The notes beneath the pieces are model-generated. The model did not search any database. It was not told the origin of the DNA and worked only from the letters and a program-made list of their open reading frames with translations. Source: an uncultured delta proteobacterium (GTDB lineage Bacteria > Myxococcota > Myxococcia > SLRQ01). From it: a stretch of DNA of 64,000 nt. Shown piece by piece: positions 9,022 to 20,139 of this stretch. How positions within the stretch are numbered: position 1 is the first letter of the stretch; the number at the start of each line of letters is the position of its first letter. Position numbers and translations under genes: made by a program. The stretch is taken from the NCBI GenBank assembly GCA_963727485.1, contig CAVSGM010000011.1, forward strand, positions 32,001 through 96,000, in the 5' to 3' direction.

Positions 9022-9627
9022 ATGCCAGACCTCGACGCGCTGGGTGACGACGACGAGCACGAGGACCGCCTCTTCGAGGCCCTGGACCTGGAGGGCGTGG
9101 CGCTCTCCGGCCGGCGCTTCACCGGCTGCACCTTCCGGCACCTCCGGGGCCAGGCGAGCCGGTGGCAGGGGGCGCACCTCGAGGACTGCGCCTTCGAGAA
9201 CTGTGACCTCACGGGGATGGTCCCCGGGAATCTCCGGGCCCACGACGTGCGCTTCGTGGGGTGCAAGCTCCTGGCGGTCCGGTGGACCCGGGCGATGGGC
9301 TACCCGCGCCTCGGCTTCGAGGACTGCCTGATGCGCTACGCGGCCTTCAGCGACCTGGACCTCCGGCGGACGGAGCTGCTCCGCTGCCGCCTCACCGAGG
9401 CGAGCTTCACCGGCGTCGATCTCACGGACGCCGACTTCGCCGGCTCGGACCTCACCGGCGCGACCTTCCAGGGCACCACCCTCGCCGGCGCCGATCTCTC
9501 CACCACCGAGGGGCTCTTCCTCGACCCGGCCCGCAACCGGGTGAAGGGCGCCCGGGTGCCGGTGGAGACCGCGGTGCTGCTGGCGATGTCCCTGGGGCTG
9601 CGGGTGCGCGGGTACGACGAGGGGTAG
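9022..9627 (+). CDS. Pentapeptide repeat protein
   Basis: Repeated [AC]xF/LxG pentads (FTGCTF, LEDCAFENCDL, LTDADFAGSDLTGATF); alternative start at 9010. Confidence 0.85.
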   Translation: MPDLDALGDDDEHEDRLFEALDLEGVALSGRRFTGCTFRHLRGQASRWQGAHLEDCAFENCDLTGMVPGNLRAHDVRFVGCKLLAVRWTRAMGYPRLGFEDCLMRYAAFSDLDLRRTELLRCRLTEASFTGVDLTDADFAGSDLTGATFQGTTLAGADLSTTEGLFLDPARNRVKGARVPVETAVLLAMSLGLRVRGYDEG

Positions 9628-9728
9628 GGCGACGGCCCGGCCCGCGGGCCCCGTGGGATTCGAGGCGGCACCTGCCCCATGGGCCCCGGCGCGCCGTTGC
9701 CTAGCCTGTTCGTGGGGAGGACCTGGCC

Positions 9729-10766
9729 ATGAAGGCGATGGTCTACGAGCGCTACGGCGCGGCGGGCAACGTGCACCTCACGCGCATCTCCAAGCCCAAG
9801 CCCGGTGCGGGTGAGGTCCTCATCGAGGTCCACGCCACCTCGGTGAACAGCTGGGACGTGGAGCTCCTCCAGGGGAGGCCCCTGGTCGCCCGCCTCGAGG
9901 CGCCCTGGCGGCCGAAGCACCCGGTCCTCGGCAGCGACGTCGCCGGGGTCATCACCGCGGTGGGCCCCGGGGTCACCGACCTGAAGGCCGGCGACGCGGT
10001 CTTCGGCGACCTCTCCGGGGTGGGGTGGGGCGGCTTCGCGGAGTACGTCTGCGCCCCGGCCGGGCGGGTCGTCGAGAAGCCGGAGAAGATGACCTTCGAG
10101 GAGGCCGCGGCGATCCCCCAGGCCGGTGCCCTGGCCCTCCAGGGCCTCGCCTACCAGGGCGGCGTCACCCGGGGCCAGCGCCTGCTCATCAACGGCGCCG
10201 GCGGGGGCGTCGGGACCTTCGCCCTCCAGCTCGCCCGCCACGCCGGCTGCGAGGTCACCGCGGTGGATCGCGGCGCCAAGCTCGAGGCCCTGCGGCGCCT
10301 GGGCGCCGACGCCGTCGTCGATTTCGAGACCACCGATCCCACCCGCCCCGAGCGCCCCTACGACTACATCCTCGACGTCTCGATGAAGCGCTCGATCTTC
10401 GCCTGGGCCCGGGCCCTGGCCCCGGGCGGGACCTACGCCGCCGTCGGCGGCACCCTCCCGCGGCTCCTCCAGCTCGCGTCCCTGGGGCCGCTGTTCCGGA
10501 CGCGACAGGGCAAGCGGATGGGCGTGGTCATCCTCCGGCCGGGGCGCGCCGACCTCGAGACCCTCGCCTCGCTCTTCGAGGCGGGGACCGTGGGGCCGAT
10601 CATCGACCGCTCCTACCGCCTGGAGGAGACCTCCGAGGCGATGGCGCGGCTCGCCCGCGGCGAGGTCCTGGGCAAGGTGGTGATCGCCGTGCGGCCCGCC
10701 GAGGGCGAGACCCGGCGCCGGCGCCCGCGGCCCACCCGGCTCCGCCCGGTGCCGCCGCCGGCCTGA
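9729..10766 (+). CDS. NAD(P)-dependent MDR-family oxidoreductase (quinone oxidoreductase / alcohol dehydrogenase-like)
   Basis: MKAMVYERYG, VLIEVHATSVN, LGSDVAG, LINGAGGGVGTFALQLA. Confidence 0.88.
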   Translation: MKAMVYERYGAAGNVHLTRISKPKPGAGEVLIEVHATSVNSWDVELLQGRPLVARLEAPWRPKHPVLGSDVAGVITAVGPGVTDLKAGDAVFGDLSGVGWGGFAEYVCAPAGRVVEKPEKMTFEEAAAIPQAGALALQGLAYQGGVTRGQRLLINGAGGGVGTFALQLARHAGCEVTAVDRGAKLEALRRLGADAVVDFETTDPTRPERPYDYILDVSMKRSIFAWARALAPGGTYAAVGGTLPRLLQLASLGPLFRTRQGKRMGVVILRPGRADLETLASLFEAGTVGPIIDRSYRLEETSEAMARLARGEVLGKVVIAVRPAEGETRRRRPRPTRLRPVPPPA

Positions 10767-10799
10767 TCCGTCCACCCGCTGCCGGGGCCCACGCGGCCG

Positions 10800-11681
10800 T
10801 CAGTCCTCGTCCTCGCCGAGGAGCGCCCGCAGGAGCGGGTTGGGGAAGCGCCGGCTCAGGGTGATGGCGTGGAAGGTCTCCTCGAGGCCCGGGAGGGCCG
10901 CGACCTCGATGAGCTCGCCGGTGTCGAGCTCGTCCTTGACCACGATGGGCGGCACCACCGAGAGGCCCGGGTGCTCCCGGGCCACCAGGCGCAGCATCGC
11001 CATGTCGTCCACCTCGGCGGCGATCGCCGGCCGCACCCCGAGGCGCTCGGCGAGGGCGTCGAAGCCGGCGCGGATGCTGGTCTGGAGGGCCGGGACCACC
11101 AGGGGCTCGGTGGCGAGCAGCGTCTTGATCTTGCGCCGGCGCCGGGGCTTCGAGGGCGGGCCCACCAGGCTCACCGGTTGGCTGGCGAGGTGGTGGGCCA
11201 CCCAGGGCGTCGCCGCGTCCCGGGCGGGGACCGAGTTGGCGAGGACCACGTCCACCCGGTGGAGCTCCAGGGCCTGCAGGAGCTCGGCGAGGGCCCCGGA
11301 GCGCACCACCAGCTCCACGTCGTCGCGTTCGAGCAGGGGCTGGACGAAGCCGAGCTGGAAGTTCCGCGAGAGGGTGGCCACCGCGCCCACCCGGAGCACC
11401 TGCCGCGCCCGACCCACCGGATCCTGGAGGACGCCGAGGAGCTCGTCCCCGGTGGTGAAGATGGCGTCGGCATGATCGAGGGTGATGCGCCCGGCCTCGG
11501 TGAGCACCAGCTGCCGCCCCCGGCGCTCGAAGAGGTCGTGGCCCAGGGCCTCCTCCAGGCTCTGGATCTGCACCGAGACCGCGGACTGGGAGACGTGGAG
11601 GTGGCGGGCGGCCCGGGTGAGGTTGCCCTCGTGGGCCACCGCCCAGAAGTAGCGGAGGTGGTGGTAGTTGAGCGCGGCCAT
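10800..11681 (-). CDS. LysR family transcriptional regulator (NhaR-like)
   Basis: LNYHHLRYFWAVAHEGNLTRAARHLHVSQSAVSVQI helix-turn-helix; divergent from dabB. Confidence 0.92.
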   Translation of the reverse strand: MAALNYHHLRYFWAVAHEGNLTRAARHLHVSQSAVSVQIQSLEEALGHDLFERRGRQLVLTEAGRITLDHADAIFTTGDELLGVLQDPVGRARQVLRVGAVATLSRNFQLGFVQPLLERDDVELVVRSGALAELLQALELHRVDVVLANSVPARDAATPWVAHHLASQPVSLVGPPSKPRRRRKIKTLLATEPLVVPALQTSIRAGFDALAERLGVRPAIAAEVDDMAMLRLVAREHPGLSVVPPIVVKDELDTGELIEVAALPGLEETFHAITLSRRFPNPLLRALLGEDED

Positions 11682-11694
11682 GGTGGCGACCGCA

Positions 11695-11711
11695 GTTCTA
11701 CATAACAGAAC
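11695..11711. promoter_or_regulatory. Putative LysR recognition site
   Basis: GTTCT-acataac-AGAAC dyad containing T-N11-A, in the AT-rich LysR/dabB spacer. Confidence 0.6.
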
Positions 11712-11770
11712 GTCACTTGCCAAACATTGAATTGGAAACAACAGGGGTCGCCGCCTATATCACGCCCTGC

Positions 11771-13315
11771 ATGGCCGCCCCCCTCGCTCTCCTGCCGCTC
11801 CTCGCGCCCCTCGGCCTCGTCCTCGCCGCCTTCGTGGGCTGGCGGACGCCCGGCCCCCGGCCCGCCCGGGCCCTGGCGGTGGCGACCCTCGCCACCTGGC
11901 TCGCCCTGGCGCTCGCCGCCGTCGCCGCCGGCTCGGTCATCGTCCTCGGCGCCGCCACCAGCCCGCTCGTCGGCGTCGCCGGGGTGGGCCTCTCGGTGCG
12001 CCTCGATCCCCTGAGCGGGACCCTGGCGCTCCTGGTGGCCTTCATCGGGGTGGTGGTGGTCCGCTACAGCCGCCACTACCTCGACGGCGAGGCGCGCCAG
12101 GGGGCCTTCGTCGCCCGCCTCTGCCTCGCCCTGGCGGCGGTGCTCCTCCTGGTCCTCTCCGGGAACCTCGCCCAGCTCCTCGTCGCCTGGATCGCCACCG
12201 GCCGGGTGGTGGAGGGGCTCCTGCGCTTCTACCCGGGTCGGCCCCGGGCACGGCGGGCGGCGGCGCGACAGAAGCGCGTCTCCCGGATCGGCAACCTGGC
12301 GCTCCTCGGCGCCGTGCTGCTCCTGCGTCACGCCTTCGGCACCCTGGATCTCGCCGCCCTCGCCGTGGCCGCCGGGCACCTCGCCGGCGGCGCCCTCCCG
12401 GTCACCGTCCCCCTCGCCATCGCCCTCATCATCGTCGCCGCCCTCATCAAGAGCGCCCAGGTCCCGACCCACGGCTGGCTCCCCCAGGTCGCCGAGGCGC
12501 CGACCCCCGTCTCCGCCCTCCTCCACGCGGGCATCGTCAACGGCGGCGGCTTCCTGGTCATCCGCCTGGCACCGGTGATGGTCCTCTACCGCCCGGCGCT
12601 CCTCGCCCTGGCGCTCGCCGCCGGTGCCAGCGCCGTGGTCGCCTCGGCGGTGATGCTCACCCAGCAGAGCACCAAGGCGGCGCTGGCCTGGTCCACCGTG
12701 GCCCAGATGGGCTTCATGCTCGTGGAGTGCGGGATCGGCGCCTTCGCCGCCGCGGCCCTCCACCTCGTCGCCCACTCCTTCTACAAGGCCCACGCCTTCC
12801 TCACCGCCGGCGAGGTGCCGCGGTCGGCCCCCGCCGCCGCCGGCCCCGCCGCGCCCTCGGTGCCGGCCATCGCCGTCACCCTCGCCGCGGCCCTCGCCGG
12901 CTACCTCGCCGTCGCCTTCTCCCTCGGGATCACCTGGCACGAGGCCCCGGCGCGCCTGGCCCTCGGCGCCGTCCTCGCCCTCGGCCTCACCCACCTGCTG
13001 GTGCAGGCGCGCAGCGGCGCCCGGGTCCTCGCCCGGGCCGCGGCGGTGGCGGCGCTCCTCGCCGCCGGGTACCTCGCCCTGGAGCTCGGCGCCGAGGTCC
13101 TCCTCGCCCCGGTGCTCCCGGCCCACGCCGCGCCGGGCCTGGCCGTGAACGGGGTCCTCGCCGCGGTGGTCCTCGGCTTCGCGGGGCTCGTGGGCCTCCA
13201 GCTCCGCCTCCCGGCCCTCGGCGCCTCGCCTCGGTGGCGGGCCCTCTACGTCCACCTCCGCCAGGGGCTCTACCTCGACCTCTGGCTCGATCGCCGTGAG
13301 GCCGCCCAATGGTGA
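11771..13315 (+). CDS. dabB: DabB: NuoL/MrpA-like proton-conducting subunit of the DAB inorganic carbon pump
   Basis: KSAQVPTHGWLPQVAEAPTPVSALLHAGIVNGGG, STVAQMGFM and HLVAHSFYKAHAFL; overlaps the DUF2309 gene. Confidence 0.88.
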   Translation: MAAPLALLPLLAPLGLVLAAFVGWRTPGPRPARALAVATLATWLALALAAVAAGSVIVLGAATSPLVGVAGVGLSVRLDPLSGTLALLVAFIGVVVVRYSRHYLDGEARQGAFVARLCLALAAVLLLVLSGNLAQLLVAWIATGRVVEGLLRFYPGRPRARRAAARQKRVSRIGNLALLGAVLLLRHAFGTLDLAALAVAAGHLAGGALPVTVPLAIALIIVAALIKSAQVPTHGWLPQVAEAPTPVSALLHAGIVNGGGFLVIRLAPVMVLYRPALLALALAAGASAVVASAVMLTQQSTKAALAWSTVAQMGFMLVECGIGAFAAAALHLVAHSFYKAHAFLTAGEVPRSAPAAAGPAAPSVPAIAVTLAAALAGYLAVAFSLGITWHEAPARLALGAVLALGLTHLLVQARSGARVLARAAAVAALLAAGYLALELGAEVLLAPVLPAHAAPGLAVNGVLAAVVLGFAGLVGLQLRLPALGASPRWRALYVHLRQGLYLDLWLDRREAAQW

Positions 13316-15706
13316 TCCCCGTCTTCCAATCCCTGGCGCCCCTCCCGCCGACCGAGGAGATCGCCGAGGCCGTGCGCCAGGCCGTGTCCCGGGTGGCCCC
13401 CCTGTGGCCCCTCGACGCCTTCGTGGCCGTGAACCCGCTCCTCGGCCTCGCCGACCAGGACCTCGCCGAGGCCTCGGCGACCGTGGCCCGGGCCGCCGGC
13501 GCCCGCCTGACCCTGCCCCGGCGCCACTACGCCGACGCCCTCGCCGACGGGCGCATCACCGAGCGGGACCTCGCCGAGGCCCTCGCCGAGGCCCGGGGCA
13601 GGCCGGGGGTCCCGGCCACCGTCGCCGAGCTGGTGGCCGCCGCCTCCGAGGCCGAGCCCGCGCGCCGGCCCCTGCCCACCGTCGCCGACGTCGCCGGTTC
13701 GGTCACCGGCCACGACTGGGCCGCCGAGGTGGTGGACGCGGTGGGCGCCTGGGCCGCGGGGTACTTCGCCGAGCGCCCGGCAACCTGGGCCTCGCCGTTC
13801 CGGGACCTGCCGCCCTTCGCCGCCTGGCGCGCCGAGGCCGTCCACGACCGGGCCCCCGAGGCTCTGGGCGTCGCCGGCTTCCGGGACTTCGCCGCCGCCC
13901 TCCCGGACGACGCCGCGGCCGCCACCGCCCTCCTGGTGGCGCGCCTCGGGGTCCCCGAGGCCGGGCTCGACGACTGGCTCCACCGGCTGCTGATGACCGT
14001 CGCCGGGTGGGCCGGCCACGGGCGCTACCGCGACTGGGAATCCCGCGGACCCCGAGGGGGCAAGCGACACCGCCGCCGGGGTCCTCGCGGTGCGCCTCGC
14101 CTGGGAGGTCGCCCTCCTCGAGGGCCTCGAGGTCCCGGGCCTCGCCCCCGCCTGGGCTCGCGCCCGCGACCGCCTCGCCGAGCCCGGGGACCCGGCGCCC
14201 TTCGCGGTGGACGCCGTCCTCCACGCCGCCTGGGAGAAGGGCTGGCAGCGGCGCCTCACCGACGACCTCGCCGGCGCCGCGCCGGGCGCCCGCGCCGATT
14301 CCGCCGACGGCTCCGACGCCGCGCCTCGCCCCCGCCTCCAGGCGGCCTTCTGCATCGACGTGCGCTCCGAGGGTGTGCGCCGGGCCCTGGAGTCGGCGGG
14401 CCCCGAGATCGAGACCCTGGGCGTCCCCGGCTTCTTCGGCTTCCCCCTGGCCTGGGGCACGGGCGCCCTCTGCCCGGCCATCGTCCCCGCGAGCCTCCCG
14501 GTCGCCGAGCGCCCCGAGGACGCGGCCGCCGCCCGCGACCGGGGCGCCTTCGCCCGGGCCTTCAAGTCCTTCAAGCTCGCGGCGGTCTCGAGCTTCGGCT
14601 TCGTGGAGGCCCTCGGCCTCACCTTCCTCTTCCAGCTCCTCGCCCGGGCGTTCCGCTGGCGCCCCGGGGCCCGGGACGACGCCGGCGCCACCGCCCGCCT
14701 CGAGCTCGACGAGGCGGTGCCGCTCGAGGCCCGGGTCGACGCCGCCGCCACCGCCCTGGGGGCCATGGGGCTGACCCGCGGTTTCGCCCGGACGGTGCTC
14801 CTGGTGGGCCACGGCGCCACCACCGCCAACAACCCCCACGCCTCGGTCCTCGACTGCGGCGCCTGCGGGGGCCGCAGCGGCGACGCCAACGCCCGCATCG
14901 CCGCCGCCACCCTCAACGAGCCGGCGGTCCGCGCGGGCCTCGCCGACCGGGGGATCGCCGTCCCCGCGGACACGGTCTTCCTCGCCGCCCACCACGACAC
15001 CACCTGCGACACCCTGGCGCTCCTCGACGACGTCCCCGAGGCCCACCGCGCCGAGCCCCACCTCGCCGCGCGCCTCGTCGAGGCCGGGGACGCCGCCGCC
15101 GCCGCCCGCGCCGCCCGGGACCTCCCGGGGGCCTCGGTGGCGGCCCTGCGCAGCCGGAGCCGCGACTGGTCCCAGGTCCGCCCGGAGTGGGGCCTCGCCG
15201 GGTGCGCCGGCTTCGTCATCGCCCCCCGGGCCCGCACCCGCGACCTCGACCTCGGCGGCCGGTGCTTCCTCCAGAGCTACGACTGGCGCCGGGACCCGGA
15301 CGCCCGGATCCTCGAGGGGATCCTCGCCGGTCCGGTACGGGTCGCCGGCTGGCTCTCGCTCCAGTACTACGCCTCGGCGGTCGACCCGGCGGTCTTCGGC
15401 AGCGGCAACAAGGTCCTCCACAACCCGGTGGGCACCGCCGGGGTCCTCGAGGGCGGCGGCGGCAATCTCAAGGTGGGCCTCCCCTGGCAGTCGGTGAGCG
15501 ACGGGGCGCGCCTGGTCCACGAGCCGAGGCGCCTCACCGTCGCCGTCGCCGCGCCCCCCGAGGTCCTCCGCGCCATCGTCGCCCGGCAGCCGCAGCTGCG
15601 CACCGCCCTCGACCACCGGTGGATCCACCTCCTCGCCCTCGACGACGCCGGCCGCGTGGCCTGGCGTCACGGCGCCCCCCGGCCCCAGGTGGTCCCCGAG
15701 ACCTGA
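13309..15706 (+). CDS. dabA: DabA (DUF2309), beta-carbonic-anhydrase-like subunit; frameshift near 14055-14062
   Basis: APLWPLDAFVAVNP in the first frame; QAAFCIDVRSE, GHGATTANNPHASVLDCGACGG, DWSQVRPEWGL, GNKVLHN and HEPRRL in the second; the shift falls in a G run. Confidence 0.9.
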
Positions 15707-15716
15707 AGGAACGCCC

Positions 15717-16211
15717 ATGCAGTGCTTCGCCATCGTCCGTGACGCCGAGGCCCTCGCCAGAGCCTGCGAGGACCTCTCGGATCTCCTGGAGTGGACCCGC
15801 CGCGCCGGGGACGACGCCCCCGAGCTCCTCGGGATCTGGCTCGACCCGGCGCAGGTGGTGGAGGTGCCGGCGTCCCTCGGCCCGGTGGGCCCCGTCGACC
15901 GCAACCGAGGGCCCTGGCAGATCGCCGCCTCCGCGGGCCTCTCGGGGCTCTGGACCCTCTGCTGGATCGAGGGCCCGCCCCTGGACCGTCGGACCCTGGT
16001 GACCGCCCTCGACGGGACGGGGTCCGGCGCCGGGGGCTTCCACCCGGTGTTCGGTCGGGAGGCCATCGGGAGCGCCCACCATCGGGAGCTCGGCGCCCTC
16101 GCCGAGCGCCGCGGCGACCTGATAAGGTCCCCGCTCTTTCTCGATGGGGAGAGCGGTCGCCTGGCGCCGCCCTCCGAGCCCACCCGATGGCGACGCGCCC
16201 AGTCCAGCTGA
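15717..16211 (+). CDS. Hypothetical protein between dabA and purK
   Basis: ATG 10 nt after the dabA stop with an AAGGA RBS; overlaps the purK start; no recognised domain. Confidence 0.6.
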   Translation: MQCFAIVRDAEALARACEDLSDLLEWTRRAGDDAPELLGIWLDPAQVVEVPASLGPVGPVDRNRGPWQIAASAGLSGLWTLCWIEGPPLDRRTLVTALDGTGSGAGGFHPVFGREAIGSAHHRELGALAERRGDLIRSPLFLDGESGRLAPPSEPTRWRRAQSS

Positions 16212-17442
16212 AGCTTCCGGCTCCCGACGCCCCGGCCCTGGGGATCCTCGGCGGGGGTCAGCTGGGGCGGATGCTCGCCGAGTCGGCCCTGCGCCAGGGG
16301 CTGCGCCCGGTGGTCCTGGCGACGTCGGCCGAGGTCCCCGCGGCCATCGACGGCGTGGACCTCCACGTCGGAGCCCTCGACGACCCGGACGCCCTCGAGG
16401 CCCTGGTCGCCCAGGTCAATCACCTCACGGTGGAGAACGAGTTCCTCGACCTGGGCCGGATCGAGGCGGCGCTGGCCGGCAAGCCCTCGGTCCACATCCG
16501 GCCCGGCCTCGACGCCATCGCCGTCTCCCAGGACAAGCTGGCCCAGAAGCGCCTCTTCAGCCGCCTCGGGATCCCCACCGCCCCCTGGGAGGTGGTGCAC
16601 CCGGCGCGCCTCGAGGCCGACCTCGCCCGGGTGGGGCGGCGGTTCGGGCACCGCTTCGTCCTCAAGTGGTCGCGCTTCGGCTACGACGGCCACGGCAACC
16701 ACGTGGTGACCTCCGCCACGGGCCTCGGGGATCCCGAGCTGGCGCGCTTCTGCGAGCGGGGGGTGGCGAAGGGCGCCGAGCTCTACGCCGAGGCGATGAT
16801 CGACTTCCGCTGCGAGCTGGCCATGGTCTCCACCCGGAGCGCCGCCGGGGAGCAGGTCTACTTCCCCCTGGTCGAGAGCCGCCAGGAGCGCGGAGTGTGC
16901 CGGGAGGTCCTGGGGCCGGCGACGGCGCTGGGGGGGGCCCGGCACTCGACGAGGCGGCGCGCTCGGTCCTCGGGACCCTGGGCGCCCACCTCGCGTGGAG
17001 CGGCACGTTTGCGGTGGAGTTCTTCCTCGACGCGGACGGATCGCTGCTCGCCAACGAGATGGCCCCCCGGGTCCACAACACCGGCCACTACACCCTCTTC
17101 GGCGACGAGCCGAGCCAGTTCGACCTCCACGTCCAGGCGGTGTGCGGCCTCGAGCTGAAGGCCCCGGCGGTGCGCGGCCTGGTGGCGATGCGCAACCTCC
17201 TCGGGCCCTGGGACGTGGCGCGGGGCCGGCCCTGTCCGCCGCCGCGCCGCGAGCCGCCCGCCGGCGTCGACCTCTACTGGTACTTCAAGACCACCGTGTC
17301 CCCGGGGCGCAAGATGGGCCATCTTACGGGCCGGGCGGACACGCCCGAGGCCCTGGAGGACCTCCTCGAGGCGATGCGCGCCTACGAGCAGGCGGTGTGG
17401 CGAGACCTGGAAAGGAGCGCGGACGATGGCGAGGGTCCCTGA
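16187..17442 (+). CDS. purK: N5-carboxyaminoimidazole ribonucleotide synthase; one base missing in the G8 run at 16930-16937
   Basis: [32 protein letters not shown], then in a shifted frame GTFAVEFF...[14 protein letters not shown]...SQFDLH...GRKMGHLT. Confidence 0.9.
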
Positions 17443-17932
17443 AGGCGGCGGCGCCCGGGTGGCGATCATCATGGGCTCGGACTCGGACCTCCCGGTGATG
17501 CAGGGGGCCGCCGACGCCCTCGACGCCCTGGGGGTCGACTACGAGCTGGCCATCGTCTCCGCCCACCGCACCCCCGAGCGCATGGCCGACTTCGCCGGCG
17601 CCGCGGCGGGTCGGGGGCTCTCGGTGATCATCGCCGGCGCCGGGGGCGCGGCCCACCTCCCGGGGATGGTCGCGGCCCACACGACGCTCCCGGTGATCGG
17701 GGTGCCGGTGCCCGTGGGGCACCTGCAGGGCACCGACGCGCTCTTGTCCATCGTCCAGATGCCCACGGGGGTGCCGGTGGCTGCGGTGGCCATCGGCGGC
17801 GCCTTCAACGCCGGCCTCCTCGCCGCACAGATCCTCGCCGCCGGGGGCGAGAAGCCCGACGCCGCGCTGGCCGCGCGCCTCGCCGACTACAAGGCCGAGC
17901 TGCGCCAGAAGGTCCTCGACAAGAAGATCTGA
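17426..17932 (+). CDS. purE: N5-CAIR mutase
   Basis: [47 protein letters not shown]. Confidence 0.97.
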   Translation: MARVPEGGGARVAIIMGSDSDLPVMQGAADALDALGVDYELAIVSAHRTPERMADFAGAAAGRGLSVIIAGAGGAAHLPGMVAAHTTLPVIGVPVPVGHLQGTDALLSIVQMPTGVPVAAVAIGGAFNAGLLAAQILAAGGEKPDAALAARLADYKAELRQKVLDKKI

Positions 17933-18048
17933 GACGGCGGCCGCCGACGACGGGTAAGGCCCCCGCCCTTGCCCGCCTCCGGACCGGGGGGCACCTTCTG
18001 GGCCCACCCGACGCGGGCCCCACGGCCCGCTCCCCACCGGAGGTCACC

Positions 18049-19050
18049 ATGGAGTACACGCGACTCGGAAACACCGGCCTCGAGGTCTCCCGCATCTGCC
18101 TGGGCTGCATGAGCTACGGCGATCCCGACGCCACCGTCGAGGGCTCGCCCATGGGCTGGAAGTGGGCCCTGCGCGAGGAGGACTCGAAGCCCTTCTTCAA
18201 GCGCGCCCTCGAGCACGGCATCAACTTCTTCGACACCGCCAACGTCTACTCCTTCGGCGCCTCCGAGGAGATCACCGGGCGGGCGCTGAACGCCCTGGCC
18301 CGGCGCGAGGACGTGGTCCTGGCCACCAAGGTCCACGGGCGGATGCGCCCGGGGCCCAACGGCGGCGGGCTCTCGCGCAAGGAGATCCTCCACGAGATCG
18401 ACGCCAGCCTGAAGCGCCTGGGCACCGACTACGTGGACCTCTACCAGATCCACCGGTGGGACCCGAACACGCCCATCGAGGAGACCATGGAGGCGCTCCA
18501 CGACGTGGTCCGCGCCGGCAAGGCCCGCTACCTCGGCGCCTCGTCGATGTTCGCCTGGCAGTTCGCCAAGGCCCAGCACGTGGCCGAGACGCACGGGTGG
18601 ACGAAGTTCGTCTCCATGCAGAACCACTACAACCTCCTCTACCGGGAGGAGGAGCGGGAGATGAACCCCCTGTGCCTCGACCAGGGCGTGGGCCTCATCC
18701 CCTGGAGCCCGCTGGCGCGCGGGTACCTCGCCCGGCCGCCGTCGGCCGATGCCACCAAGCGCTCGGAGACCGACCGCTTCGGCAAGATGCTCTACGACCA
18801 GACCGGCGAGGCCGACGGCCGGATCATCGACGCGGTGGACCAGGTGGCGAACAAGCGCGAGGTGCCCCACGCCCAGGTGGCGCTGGCGTGGCTCCTCCAG
18901 CGGCCCGGGGTGGCCTCGCCCATCATCGGCGCCACCAAGCTCGAGCACCTCGACCAGGTGGTCGGCGCCGTGGACCTCGCCCTCACCGAGGATGAGATCG
19001 CAGCGCTCGAGGCGCCCTACGTGCCCCACGCCATCGCCGGGCACGGCTAG
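18049..19050 (+). CDS. Aldo/keto reductase (YajO/Aad-like)
   Basis: [46 protein letters not shown]. Confidence 0.93.
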   Translation: MEYTRLGNTGLEVSRICLGCMSYGDPDATVEGSPMGWKWALREEDSKPFFKRALEHGINFFDTANVYSFGASEEITGRALNALARREDVVLATKVHGRMRPGPNGGGLSRKEILHEIDASLKRLGTDYVDLYQIHRWDPNTPIEETMEALHDVVRAGKARYLGASSMFAWQFAKAQHVAETHGWTKFVSMQNHYNLLYREEEREMNPLCLDQGVGLIPWSPLARGYLARPPSADATKRSETDRFGKMLYDQTGEADGRIIDAVDQVANKREVPHAQVALAWLLQRPGVASPIIGATKLEHLDQVVGAVDLALTEDEIAALEAPYVPHAIAGHG

Positions 19051-20139
19051 GCTGCCGGCAGGCTCAGGGTGAACCGGGCGCCTCCCTCCGGACCCTCGGC
19101 GGCGACGAGCCGACCTCCGTGCTGCTCGACAATCCGGCGGGCAATGGCCAAGCCGAGGCCCGCGGCACCGCCCTGGGCCCCTTGGCCCTGCCGGTGGGGG
19201 AGGAAGATGACCTCGCGTTCGGCCGGCGGTACGCCCGGGCCGGTGTCGTCGACGTGGAGCCGAAGCTCACTGCCCGAGCGGTGGACGGAGAGGGTGACGC
19301 GCCCTTCGGCCCCGGCGTGGCGCACGGCGTTCTCGACGAGGTTCGACACGGCGACGGAGAGGGCCTCGCCGTCCGCCTGCACCAGGGCTGGCCCCGTCCC
19401 AGGCGCCTCCACCAACGAGATGGCCACCGAGGTGTCCGCCCGCCGGGCCACCACCGCCTCGGCCAGGGCTCCGAGGTCCACCGGGGCCAGGTTCCGGGGC
19501 GGCAGGGAGTCGGCCCGCGCGAGGCGCAGCATCGCGTCGACGAGGCGCCCCATCTGCCGGACCTCGTCCAGGGCCGGTGCGGGCGGTCTCCTCCCAGTCC
19601 CCGGTACTCCGGGGCCGGCGGAGCGCCACCTCGAGCTCGGTGGCGACGACCGAGAGCGGCGTCCGGAGCTCGTGGGAGGCGTCGTCGGCGAACCGCGCCA
19701 GAGCCGCCTGCCCGCGCTCCAGCCGGTCGAAGAGCTCGTTGAGGGCGACCACCAGGTGGGTGAGCTCGTCGTCCCGGCCGGGGACCGGGAGGCGACGGTC
19801 GAGGTTGGCGCTGGTCATCTCCCGGGCGGCGCCGACCACGTCGTCCACGGGCCGGAGGGCCCTGCGGGTGGTGAGGAAGGCCCCGAGCACCGCGAGGCCG
19901 AGGCCGACCGGTGCCGCGAAGGCCATCGCCACCAGGACCTCGGAGAGCACCTCCCGGGGGCTGTCGTCGCTGGTCTCCACCCCTTGGCCGGCGGCATCCT
20001 GGACGCTGCCGCTCTCCTGCCACTCGACCGCGAGGAAGGCGGTCACGCCGAAGACCACCAGGGCGGCGGCCGTGGACAGGGCCACCCACCAGGCGATGCG
20101 CCGGGCGAGGCCTCGGCGGCGTGGGGACGTCCTAGCCAA
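19047..20139 (-). CDS. HAMP-domain sensor histidine kinase, with a +1 frameshift near 19575
   Basis: Two TM segments, HAMP and H-box DASHELRTPL, then in a shifted frame NLVENAVRH, DDTGPGVP and GLGLAIARRIVEQHGG. Confidence 0.85.

Noticed and set aside
11771..13315. Complex I nuoL or Mrp antiporter subunit
   Set aside because: No other nuo or mrp genes; direct coupling to DUF2309 identifies it as DabB.
16930..16937. Programmed ribosomal frameshift in purK
   Set aside because: A plain G homopolymer with no evident stimulatory structure, in a window with many similar indels; assembly error is more likely.
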